Source of the DNA: Longimicrobiales bacterium | GTDB taxonomy: Bacteria; Gemmatimonadota; Gemmatimonadetes; Longimicrobiales; Gaopeijiaceae | Length of the DNA: 64,000 nucleotides | Assembly: GCA_965218295.1 (NCBI GenBank) | Contig: CBDCKN010000013.1 | Coordinates: 352,001 to 416,000 of the forward strand | Direction of reading: 5' to 3' | Shown: positions 53,264 through 62,684 of the stretch, piece by piece | Layout of the letters: each line of letters opens with the position of its first letter | Position numbering within the stretch: position 1 is the first letter of the stretch | Notes under the pieces: model-generated | The model's input: only the letters and a program-made list of their open reading frames with translations | The model's database searches: none | What the model was told of the DNA's origin: nothing | Position numbers and translations under genes: made by a program

Positions 53264-53990
53264 TCACGGGTCGTCTGTGACAAACCAGAGACGACGCCAC
53301 CGTTCTTCCTCGCGGTCTGGAATGCGGCAGAACAGATCGATTGCTTTCTTATCGGTACGAATATCGACCGGCGCCAGATCCGGATCAGTAAGTCGATGCA
53401 CCTGTAACGTGTTGCGTTGTGCGGCGTATACCCAATAGCCTTTCGACGACAAAAGCTCGAACATTTCGGCGAAGGTGACGCCGTGGTCCAGCGTGAACAT
53501 CGACGCCTCAGCAATTATGGCCGGCCGAAATCTCGCGATAGTCTCGGAGCCGCCGTTGATAATGGCGGGCTCCGGACCATCTACATCGATTCTTGATGAG
53601 ATCTAGCCGCTTGATTCGATTGGCGCGGACGTAAGCGTCGATGGTCGTGGTTTGGCTGGTGTAAGCGACTTCCTTCTCTCCGTGGAAGTAGGCGTCAATG
53701 GCGTGTCGCGGGCCCGCTGCGCCCCCAACCTCGACCGACCTCAACATGAATGATCCCCAGGAACCCACAGGGCGAACAAAAGTGGCCTCCCCGCACCTGT
53801 CGGAAAGAGCGACATTGTTGGTGACGACATTTTTCAGGGTATTACGTTCAATCGTGCGTCGGAGATGCGCATAGCTGCCGGCGTCTACTTCGAACGCGTG
53901 AACAGCGCCCGGGTCCTGAACGACCTTCGCGGCGATCGCGGTCAAGACGCCTATGCTTGCCCCGATATCGTACACAACATCACCAGGGCG
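53264..53990 (-). pseudogene. FkbM methyltransferase, 5'-truncated and frameshifted near 53590
   Basis: PGDVVYDIGASIG..AFE..LDLIK / IDVDGPE; no N-terminus. Confidence 0.75.
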
Positions 53991-54257
53991 GTGCTCAACC
54001 TTTCGCGAGCCCTGGTAAAGCTGGCGCTTCTGGTGGCAATCTCGCTGCCGCTCGCGCTCACTCTATTGGTTGCGGTTCCGCTCATTCAGTTCCTGCTTAG
54101 AGGCTTCAACGTCCACGGAACCTGTCAACGCCAGTGAGACACTCTTGGAAATCAATTAGAGAGCAATCTCCTGTGTAGTGAGGGATGGGGTGGGAGGATT
54201 GATCCAGACGGCCTCCGCGGAACCTGTCAACGCCAGTGAGACACTCTTGGAAATCAA

Positions 54258-55265
54258 TTAGAGAGCAATCTCCTGTGTAGTGAGGGATGGGGTGGGAGGA
54301 TTGATCCAGACGGCCTCCGGGAGTGGTTTAGGCTTCGGCTCACCGGAGACGAAGCGCTCGGGATGAGCGGCCCATGCCTCACGGAGCACGGCCTTCCTGC
54401 AGGCGATGATCCGATCGGCGTGACCGAAGTGGACCTGTTCGGGGGTCAGCATCGAGATGCCGCCATGGCGGTGCTCGGCATTATACCAACGGAAGAACGA
54501 GCGACAGAAGGTCTTGGCTTGCCCCTGATCCCCGAACCGGCCGGGAAACGAGGGATGGTACTTCAAGGTCTTGAACTGAGCCTCGGAGAACGGATTGTCA
54601 TCCGAGACCTGGGGTCGGCCCAACGAGCGGGTCACGCCGAGATCGGCGAGTAGTTGAGCCGTGCATTGGCTCGTCATCGGAGCCCCTCGATCGGAATGCA
54701 GGGTCAGGAGGTGGGGCTGGACGCCATGCTTCAAGCAACTCTGCTGGATCAGCCGGCTGGCCAGGGCAGAGTTCTCCCGATCCGCCACCATCCATCCCAC
54801 GACGTAGCGGCTGAAGATGTCCAGGATCACGTAGAGGTAGAAGTAACTCCACTTCTTCGGCCCCAGCAGCCGGGTGATATCCCAGGACCAGACCTGGTTC
54901 GGGCCCCTCGCCATCAACTCGGGCTTCTGGTATTTGGGATGACTCCGCTGCGCTCGACGCTCCTGAACCGGCACCTGGGAAGCCAGAACGCGATACATCG
55001 TACGCTCGCTGCACAGGTAGACGTCCTCGTCGAGCAGCGTCGCCACCACCTCGGCTGGGGACCGGTCCACGAACCGCTCCGAACACAGCGTGTCGAAGAC
55101 CTTGTCTCGTTCCTTCTCGCTTAAGGCCCGGGCGGGGGTCGGGCGGGGCTGCTGATGCCCGGTCGATGCACTCCGACGACGGTAGAACGTGGCTCGCGGC
55201 ACCCTGAGCGCATCGCACGCGGGCTTCACCCCTACGTGCTTGGCTAGCTCCTGGGTCGCCTTCAT
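54258..55265 (-). CDS. IS3-family DDE transposase OrfB (inner copy)
   Basis: PNQVWSWDIT, DIFSR, HSDRG, DNPFSEAQFKTLK. Confidence 0.95.
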   Translation of the reverse strand: MKATQELAKHVGVKPACDALRVPRATFYRRRSASTGHQQPRPTPARALSEKERDKVFDTLCSERFVDRSPAEVVATLLDEDVYLCSERTMYRVLASQVPVQERRAQRSHPKYQKPELMARGPNQVWSWDITRLLGPKKWSYFYLYVILDIFSRYVVGWMVADRENSALASRLIQQSCLKHGVQPHLLTLHSDRGAPMTSQCTAQLLADLGVTRSLGRPQVSDDNPFSEAQFKTLKYHPSFPGRFGDQGQAKTFCRSFFRWYNAEHRHGGISMLTPEQVHFGHADRIIACRKAVLREAWAAHPERFVSGEPKPKPLPEAVWINPPTPSLTTQEIAL

Positions 55266-55711
55266 GAGTTCGTCCCGTCCTCGAGGCTCAATCCCAGCAG
55301 CCCTGCAACTTTTCCCTGGACGTCGATGATCAAGTGCGCCTTCTGGAGCTCCTTCTCGAGGCGAGTGTTCTCGCGCTCCAGCTTGCGCACCTTCTCCTCC
55401 AGCGGATTGCGCTCGCGCTTACGGCCTCGTTTCTTCGACAGCGCTTTCAGGGACCCGCTATGCGCCGCCTTGCGCCATGTCGTCAGGTGCGACGAGTACA
55501 AGCCCTCCCGCCGTAGGAGTCGGCCAACCTCTCCGGGCTCCGTGCACCGGTCCGCTTCTTCGACGATCCGCAGCTTGTACGACGGAGCGAACCGCCGGCG
55601 CAGCGGCCTATCTACCACCTCCGAGTCCGCAGGAGCTGCCGCGCTTCGCTTACCGTCCCAGGTTGGTGGGGCTATTCCATTCTCTTTCATTCTCTCTCGG
55701 TGTCTCAGCAT
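55262..55711 (-). CDS. IS OrfA HTH protein (inner copy)
   Basis: RRRFAPSYKLRIV..LRREGLYSSHLTTWR plus leucine zipper; ATGA overlap with OrfB. Confidence 0.9.
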   Translation of the reverse strand: MLRHRERMKENGIAPPTWDGKRSAAAPADSEVVDRPLRRRFAPSYKLRIVEEADRCTEPGEVGRLLRREGLYSSHLTTWRKAAHSGSLKALSKKRGRKRERNPLEEKVRKLERENTRLEKELQKAHLIIDVQGKVAGLLGLSLEDGTNS

Positions 55712-55746
55712 CCTCGGTTTCTCTGCCTTCGCCCTACTCTAATTCC

Positions 55747-56733
55747 TTAGCTGCTCCGTGTCTCACGTAAGTTGGCAGAGAGGGCCGGGAGTGGTTTAGG
55801 CTTCGGCTCACCGGAGACGAAGCGCTCGGGATGAGCGGCCCATGCCTCACGGAGCACGGCCTTCCTGCAGGCGATGATCCGATCGGCGTGACCGAAGTGG
55901 ACCTGTTCGGGGGTCAGCATCGAGATGCCGCCATGGCGGTGCTCGGCATTATACCAACGGAAGAACGAGCGACAGAAGGTCTTGGCTTGCCCCTGATCCC
56001 CGAACCGGCCGGGAAACGAGGGATGGTACTTCAAGGTCTTGAACTGAGCCTCGGAGAACGGATTGTCATCCGAGACCTGGGGTCGGCCCAACGAGCGGGT
56101 CACGCCGAGATCGGCGAGTAGTTGAGCCGTGCATTGGCTCGTCATCGGAGCCCCTCGATCGGAATGCAGGGTCAGGAGGTGGGGCTGGACGCCATGCTTC
56201 AAGCAACTCTGCTGGATCAGCCGGCTGGCCAGGGCAGAGTTCTCCCGATCCGCCACCATCCATCCCACGACGTAGCGGCTGAAGATGTCCAGGATCACGT
56301 AGAGGTAGAAGTAACTCCACTTCTTCGGCCCCAGCAGCCGGGTGATATCCCAGGACCAGACCTGGTTCGGGCCCCTCACCATCAACTCGGGCTTCTGGTA
56401 TTTGGGATGACTCCGCTGCGCTCGACGCTCCTGAACCGGCACCTGGGAAGCCAGAACGCGATACATCGTACGCTCGCTGCACAGGTAGACGTCCTCGTCG
56501 AGCAGCGTCGCCACCACCTCGGCTGGGGACCGGTCCACGAACCGCTCCGAACACAGGGTGTCGAAAATCTTGTCCCGCTCCCTCTCACTTAAGGCCCGGG
56601 CGGGGGTCGGGCGGGGCTGCTGATGCCCGGTCGATGCACTCCGACGACGGTAGAACGTGGCTCGCGGCACCCTGAGCGCATCGCACGCGGGCTTCACCCC
56701 TACGTGCTTGGCTAGCTCCTGGGTCGCCTTCAT
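55747..56733 (-). CDS. IS OrfB (outer copy), C-terminus replaced by the inner IS end
   Basis: Nearly identical to inner OrfB up to PKPLP, then ALSANLRETRSS. Confidence 0.9.
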   Translation of the reverse strand: MKATQELAKHVGVKPACDALRVPRATFYRRRSASTGHQQPRPTPARALSERERDKIFDTLCSERFVDRSPAEVVATLLDEDVYLCSERTMYRVLASQVPVQERRAQRSHPKYQKPELMVRGPNQVWSWDITRLLGPKKWSYFYLYVILDIFSRYVVGWMVADRENSALASRLIQQSCLKHGVQPHLLTLHSDRGAPMTSQCTAQLLADLGVTRSLGRPQVSDDNPFSEAQFKTLKYHPSFPGRFGDQGQAKTFCRSFFRWYNAEHRHGGISMLTPEQVHFGHADRIIACRKAVLREAWAAHPERFVSGEPKPKPLPALSANLRETRSS

Positions 56734-57179
56734 GAGTTCGTCCCGTCCTCGAGGCTCAATCCCAGCAGCCCTGCAACTTTTCCCTGGACGTCGATGATCA
56801 AGTGCGCCTTCTGGAGCTCCTTCTCGAGGCGAGTGTTCTCGCGCTCCAGCTTGCGCACCTTCTCCTCCAGCGGATTGCGCTCGCGCTTACGGCCTCGTTT
56901 CTTCGACAGCGCTTTCAGGGACCCGCTATGCGCCGCCTTGCGCCATGTCGTCAGGTGCGACGAGTACAAGCCCTCCCGCCGTAGGAGTCGGCCAACCTCT
57001 CCGGGCTCCGTGCACCGGTCCGCTTCTTCGACGATCCGCAGCTTGTACGACGGAGCGAACCGCCGGCGCAGCGGCCTATCTACCACCTCCGAGTCCGCAG
57101 GAGCTGCCGCGCTTCGCTTACCGTCCCAGGTTGGTGGGGCTATTCCATTCTCTTTCATTCTCTCTCGGTGTCTCAGCAT
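56730..57179 (-). CDS. IS OrfA (outer copy)
   Basis: Protein identical to 55262-55711. Confidence 0.9.
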   Translation of the reverse strand: MLRHRERMKENGIAPPTWDGKRSAAAPADSEVVDRPLRRRFAPSYKLRIVEEADRCTEPGEVGRLLRREGLYSSHLTTWRKAAHSGSLKALSKKRGRKRERNPLEEKVRKLERENTRLEKELQKAHLIIDVQGKVAGLLGLSLEDGTNS

Positions 57180-58467
57180 CCTCGGTTTCTCTGCCTTCGC
57201 CCTACTCTAATTCCTTAGCTGCTCCGTGTCTCACGTAAGTTGGCAGAGAGGGCCACGCCTCTCAGATAGCATCCGAAGCGGCCGACGTGGAGAAGCGCAT
57301 GCGCACCGAGGTGCTCGACTTGCTGGGGACGATCCCGTTGGTCAAGGGATTTTCCCAGGAGCAACGAGCTGCGGACTCATTTGCCGTTATCGCCGAAGAA
57401 GCGCGTGGGATCGAGGTGCGCCGGCACCGATTGTCACACTTGAAGAATCCGGTGGAGGAAGGGGTCATTCTGACCGCCGTCCTGATCGTCGAGGGCTTCC
57501 TTCTCTGGTGGGCCGATAGCTTCCAGCCCGGCGAACTCGTGCGCCTCGGAGCCTTCTTGCTCGTGGCCCAGCAGTCGATGCCCGACTATCTGGCCATCAG
57601 CAATTTCAGGCTCAAAATGTCGGAGCAGGTGCCGCTGCTCGATGCGTTGGCCGATCTGTATTCGGACGAGGGAAAGCACATCGTGCCCTCGGGCGACCGG
57701 TGCTTCGAGGGACTTCGGGAGGGGATAGACATCCGCGGCCTGAGCTTCTCCTATCAGCCTGCAATACAGGTGCTGCAGGACATCCACTGCTCGATTCCGT
57801 CCGGCTGCACGGTCGGGCTGGTAGGGGAGAGCGGAGCCGGAAAGACAACGCTGGCTCACTTGATCACCCGGTTCTACGACTGTCCTCCAGGGACGCTCTT
57901 CCTGGACGGCGTGGACATTCGAGAGTTCTCTCTGCCATCCCTACACGACAAGCTCTCGTTGGTGAGCCAGCAAGCCTTGCTCCTGAACCGTTCGATTCGA
58001 CTCAACCTCACTTTCGGGTTGGAGAGCAAGCCGGGGGAAGAGAGCCTGTTGCGCGCGCTGGACGACGTGGAGCTCGGCAATCTCGTCCGGCAGCTCCCCG
58101 ACGGAGTCGATACGCGAATCGGCGAGCGTGGAGTACAGCTCTCCGGAGGACAGAGACAGAGGCTCGCGTTGGCTCGTAGCCTGCTTCGCGACCCCGAGAT
58201 CCTGATTCTGGACGAGGCTACAGCTTCGCTCGACAGCCTGCTCGAGCAGAAGATCGAAGCGACCGTTGAACGTCGCTCCTCGGGGCGCACGCTCATCGTC
58301 ATCGCCCACCGTCTGTCCACTATCCGCAACGCTGACCAAATCCTCGTAATGAGCGCTGGGCGGATCGTCGAACGTGGGACTTGGGATGAGTTGGTGAGCA
58401 ACCGGGGGCACTTCGAGACACTGTACCGCGCCCAGTTCGAGCGTGAGTCTGCGGCCGCAGGCGCCCC

Positions 58468-59367
58468 TCAATAGGGCCGCAGGGCACGCAGCCTGAAGAG
58501 ACGGGCAAGCGGCAGGAGGGGATGAGTGATCCGCTCCAATATCTGTCCCCGCGCCGCCCGGCGGTTCCTCCAGGTCCAGTGTTCACACGTCGCAGGGAGG
58601 CCGGCCTCCCTGCGACGACGCAGGGCCTCGCCAAGCAGGTGCTCGAGGGCGGCGGTCCCGACTGGAGCAAGGAAATGGCAAACGGGCCTGTCGAGGGCCT
58701 CCGGAGTCAGCTGCTTCAATTCCTCGCCCCAATACATGGGACCGGGTTCGGGGAACGTGCTTAGCCCGCGCCTCCCTCCCACCAAGCCAAGCGCGATTTC
58801 GTCCCCGATGAAGCCGCCTCGAAGGTCCGTGAGGAGCTCCCGATATTGCTCAAGGCATTCGTCCATGAGGGGGATTCCGGCGCGTCTGTCAAAGTAAAAT
58901 ACGCCACTGTTGCACTTGAGATATCGTGTCGCCGCGAACTGGGTCATCAGGCGTTGAGTCGAGAAGCCGTGATGGGTTCGGTCATCGTCCGGGCCCAGGA
59001 TTTCCCCCACTAGGGCCAAGTCCACTCCATCGAGATCGCGCCAGAACCGCTGTAAACTGCCGACGACGAGGCAGTCGGCATCAATGTACAGGGCCCGACG
59101 AAACGAACTGGCCTCCACTACCCCATACTTTAAGGCGCGGCCGAGATGGAATCGCGGCGGAACTTGAGTAATGCACGAGAACACGGCGCCATACTCGAGA
59201 TTCGCGATCTTCGCCAGTTCCGGGTCGGCCACGAGCGCCACCGGAAGCTGATTGTGGACGCGGCATGACAGGGCCATGTCCGCCGCCATCTCCAAGTATC
59301 GGCGATGTCCGACAGCGAGGGTGACGACTCCAAGATCCTCGTCTAGCACGGTCGTCAACTGTGACAA
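58468..59367 (-). CDS. Putative GT-A fold glycosyltransferase (GT8-like)
   Basis: ALYIDADCLV DxD motif, NSGVFYF, GDEIAL, CHF. Confidence 0.6.
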   Translation of the reverse strand: MSQLTTVLDEDLGVVTLAVGHRRYLEMAADMALSCRVHNQLPVALVADPELAKIANLEYGAVFSCITQVPPRFHLGRALKYGVVEASSFRRALYIDADCLVVGSLQRFWRDLDGVDLALVGEILGPDDDRTHHGFSTQRLMTQFAATRYLKCNSGVFYFDRRAGIPLMDECLEQYRELLTDLRGGFIGDEIALGLVGGRRGLSTFPEPGPMYWGEELKQLTPEALDRPVCHFLAPVGTAALEHLLGEALRRRREAGLPATCEHWTWRNRRAARGQILERITHPLLPLARLFRLRALRPY

Positions 59368-59649
59368 GGGGCGCTTCCAACGCTCTCGGACGAGGTTTCG
59401 GGACGGGGCGGTTCCAGGCTAAGGTAGCATGACGCGCTAGTTGTCGTCGAGCGTCGGCACACCGAGCCGCGGATTTCATGTCGCGAAAGAACCCACTACC
59501 GTCAGCCCGACCGCCGTGACGGGCAGGGGGTCGGGCGGGACCGCGAGGCAGCCTCGCCGTTACTGGTTGCCAGGTCGCTCGCAGCGACGGGTGGGCGGCG
59601 GCTCCCGCTGAGCTGGGGCCTGGCGCTCAGTTGCCGGATCGGCCTTTCG

Positions 59650-60658
59650 TCATCCGCGGTACGCCCCGCTGGCGATGCGCTCGAGCCATGTCTGGTTCCG
59701 GCCGTACCACGAGATCGTCTCCGCCAGACCCTCCTCGAAGTCCACCGTCGGCCCCCATCCCAGCTCTTCTTTCGCCTTTGACGAATCCACGGCGTAGCGC
59801 CGGTCGTGGCCCAGGCGATCCTCCACGAAGGTGATCAGCGCCGGGTCGGCCCCGGTCTGCTCTATGATGGACTCGACCACCTGGAGATTGGTCCGCTCCG
59901 CGTCTCCGCCGAAGTTGTAGACCTCGCCGGAACGTCCCTTGCGGAGCGCGAGGTCCAGGCCCCGCCAGTGATCCCCCACCTGGATCCAGTCCCGGACGTG
60001 CAGCCCGTCGCCGTACACCGGAAGAGGCTCGCCCTTCATGGCGTTGGAGACCATGAGGGGAATCAGCTTCTCGGGAAACTGATACGGTCCGTAGTTGTTC
60101 GAACAACGGGTGACCACCACGTCCAAGCCGTGGGTGCGGTGGTACGCCAACGCCAGCATGTCGCCGGCGGCCTTCGTGGCCGAATACGGGGAGCGAGGGG
60201 CCAGCGGCGTCGTCTCCGTGAACCGGGGCGAAGGCCGGATCGGGCTCAGACGGGTCCTGCCAGGGAAGCTCTCCGTAGACCTCGTCGGTGGAGACCTGCA
60301 CGAACCGTGGCGGACCCGAGGCGGCCAGGGCCGCGCTGAGCAGCGTGTGCGTTCCCGTAACGTTGGTTCGGACGAAGGGTGCGTCGTGCTCGATGGAGCG
60401 GTCCACGTGGGATTCGGCGGCCAGGTTCAGGACGGCGTCTACGTCACCGACAAGCTCGCCCACGAGGCCCGCGTCGCAGATGTCACCGTGGACGAACCGG
60501 TAGCGCGGATCCTCGTCCACGCCCTTCAGGTTGTCCAGATTCCCGGCGTACGTGAGGAGATCGAGGTTGATCACCTCCATGTCCGAGCGCTCCTCGAGGA
60601 GATAACGGATGAGGTTGGAGCCGATGAAGCCCGCTCCACCGGTGACGAGCAGTCTCAC
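59650..60658 (-). CDS. rfbB: dTDP-glucose 4,6-dehydratase; frameshift near 60228
   Basis: LAAESHVDRSI, VSTDEVYG, then PRSPYSATKA..CSNNYGPYQFPEKLIP..GHDRRY. Confidence 0.9.
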
Positions 60659-61429
60659 GGATCCGTCGACCGCCGGCCGGGAGAGGGGACCTCGGGAAGG
60701 TGTAGGACGGGTTCGTCCGCGGTGTCCGCGACGAGTCGTGTGGCGCGATACAGAGATCGGACGGTCCCAGCGTCCGTCCAACCCGTCCACGACGTGGTGG
60801 CGCAGGGCTCCCCACTCCACGTAGCGGTTGTTCACGTCGGTGATCTCCAGCTCTCCACGGTCCGAGGGCGAGAGTCCCTGCACGATCTCGAAGACGCGCC
60901 GATCGTAGAAGTAGCAGCCGGTGACCGCGAAGTTACTCCGCGGCTCTGAGGGCTTCTCTTCGATCCCCACGACCCGATCCCCGTCGAGCTCCGCCACGCC
61001 GAATCGGACCGGATCGTCCACCTCCTTGAGGAGCACCATGGCTCCATCGGGGTCGGCCCGGTACGCGTCGACGGCCGGCCGTATCGGCGAGCCGAAGACG
61101 TTGTCTCCGAGGATGACGCATACGGGCCCGTCTTCCGCGAAATCCTCCGCCAGGCCTAGAGCCTCCGCGATCCCCCCCTCCCCTTCCTGGTAAGTGTAGT
61201 TCAGGTGCTTGAGGCCGAAGTCCCTGCCGTTGCCGAGCAGCTGTAGGAAGTCCCCGGCGCTGTTTCCGCCGGTCACGATCAGGATCTCGTCGATCCCCGC
61301 GTGCACGAGCTGCTGGATGGGGAAGTAGATCATGGGCCGGTCGAAGACCGGAAGAAGGTGCTTGTTGGTGACCCGCGTCATGGGCTGCAGACGGCTGCCG
61401 AGGCCTCCGGCGAGGACGACGCCCTTCAT
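60655..61429 (-). CDS. rfbA: Glucose-1-phosphate thymidylyltransferase; frameshift near 60780
   Basis: LAGGLGSRL..NKHLLPVFDRPMI, RGELEITD; shifted frame WTDAGT..TDP-stop overlapping the rfbB GTG. Confidence 0.88.
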
Positions 61430-61889
61430 CGGAGCTCCCCTTTCATGGGGTTCTCGCGGCGATCCATCCCAGGCGCGTCGTATGGGCCGTTCCCTGTCAT
61501 CGCAACTCTTCCAGGTAGCTCGTCAGGGACTCGCGCCAGGCCGGCATGGATCGCCCTAGGAGACGCTCGTCCTCCGTGCAGTCGAGCACGGAATAGGGGA
61601 CGAGGTGCGGGAGCACCTAGGATCGAATCTGCCATTGCGTCTCGCTTCCAGGGTCAGGGTCCTGCGGCGCTAATGTACCCTTCCTTCTCCAGGTGGAGAA
61701 AGACCTGGTGGCCACCTCCGATTCCGGTTCTGGCTCTGAACACCTCCACGCATGTAACGCGCAGGAGTACGAACGCGAGCTCGATGACTACGTGGCATTC
61801 CTCGCCACCTTCCCATGCCGCTATTCAACCGCCCGGGCCATGCTCGCACCGTTCGTGAGCGTCAACCCGACCCTGGCTCGACCACATCT

Positions 61890-62148
61890 ATGCCTGAAGT
61901 ATCACGGTTCCTCGGCATCGTCGTCGGAATGTTCTACAATGAGCATGGGGCCCCACACTTCCACGCCGTGTACGGGGAACACGAGATCTCCGTCGAGGTA
62001 GAATCCACAGCCGTCCATGGATATTTCCCGCCGAGAGCGAGGCGACACGTTCTCGAGTGGGCTGAACTCCACAAGGCGGAGCTCCTGGAGGACTGGGACC
62101 TGGCCCGGAAGGGGCGAGCCCCTCAAGCGAATCGCGCCCCTCGAGTGA
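61890..62148 (+). CDS. DUF4160 protein; extra G near 62112
   Basis: MPEVSRFLGIVVGMFYNEHGAPHFHAVYG..EWAELHKAEL; corrected end PLKRIAPLE. Confidence 0.88.
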
Positions 62149-62152
62149 TCAC

Positions 62153-62398
62153 ATGGATTACCACATATTGGAAGCGCACTACGTTGGAGGACATGTCGTG
62201 TGGCTTCGATTCCGGGATGGCACGACCGGGGAAATCGACCTTGCCCCGGTGCTGAACGGGCCTGTGTTCGAGCCGCTTCGTGACCCACGATACTTCCGGG
62301 CTTTTTCGGTTCATCCGGAGTTCCACACCCTCGTCTGGCCGAACGGGGCGGATCTCGCACCTGAGTTCCTCCGCGACAACATCCGGGTCACCGCCTGA
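62153..62398 (+). CDS. DUF2442 protein
   Basis: VWLRFRDGTTGEIDL..GPVFEPLRD..TLVWPNGADLAPEFL. Confidence 0.92.
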   Translation: MDYHILEAHYVGGHVVWLRFRDGTTGEIDLAPVLNGPVFEPLRDPRYFRAFSVHPEFHTLVWPNGADLAPEFLRDNIRVTA

Positions 62399-62460
62399 CG
62401 CCAGCCGGCGGCGGCCCGGAGGGCCTGGTGGATTCGGGTGAGATTGGCGGTTGCGGTTCG

Positions 62461-62655
62461 TTAGGCGATCGACACACGCCGTTGCGACACCTCACTGAGA
62501 CCAGCCAGAAGAACCGGAACTGGCATGACCGGAACCTCTTCAGAGGGCTCGAAGACGGACTGGGATGCCACAATCCCTTGGCCGAATGCCCTCTGGATCG
62601 CCAGCCGTGCATGCCCGATTCTGGCGCCGTTATCTCCCTTCACCTCGACCGGCAC
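62461..62655 (-). pseudogene. Possible C-terminal remnant of an ATPase/DUF4143-type protein
   Basis: PVEVK nuclease-like motif followed by ..VPVMPVPVLL; no upstream domain. Confidence 0.3.
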
Positions 62656-62684
62656 ACGTCCACCCAGAGAACGTCAGACACCCG

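Larger units (their letters stand above)
54218..55784 (-). mobile_element. IS3-like element (1567 bp, intact inner copy); 3 bp TSD CCG
   Basis: Same ends as the outer copy; CCG at 54215-54217 and 55785-55787. Confidence 0.9.
54116..57252 (-). mobile_element. IS3-like element (1567 bp, outer copy) interrupted by a second copy of itself; 3 bp TSD CCA
   Basis: Ends CGGAACCTGTCAAC.. and ..GTTGGCAGAGAGGG; CCA at 54113-54115 and 57253-57255. Confidence 0.9.
53985..58474 (+). pseudogene. MsbA-like ABC transporter (permease+ATPase), 5'-truncated and split by nested IS
   Basis: TM fragment ..LLRGFNV continues HASQIASEAADVEKR after the IS; GESGAGKT, LSGGQRQR, LDEATASLD. Confidence 0.85.

Noticed and set aside
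54116..54320. 102 bp tandem duplication as an assembly artefact
   Set aside because: Explained by IS-into-IS insertion with a 3 bp TSD, and the two copies differ in sequence
59495..59630. Cluster of small hairpins and an ops-like GACGGTAGTG
   Set aside because: Short GC-rich stems are expected by chance; poor match to the ops/JUMPstart consensus
59627..61429. 600 aa apparent RfbA-RfbB fusion ORF
   Set aside because: Produced by a frameshift near 60780; the proper RfbA C-terminus (WTDAGT..) and a GTGA overlap with rfbB exist in another frame
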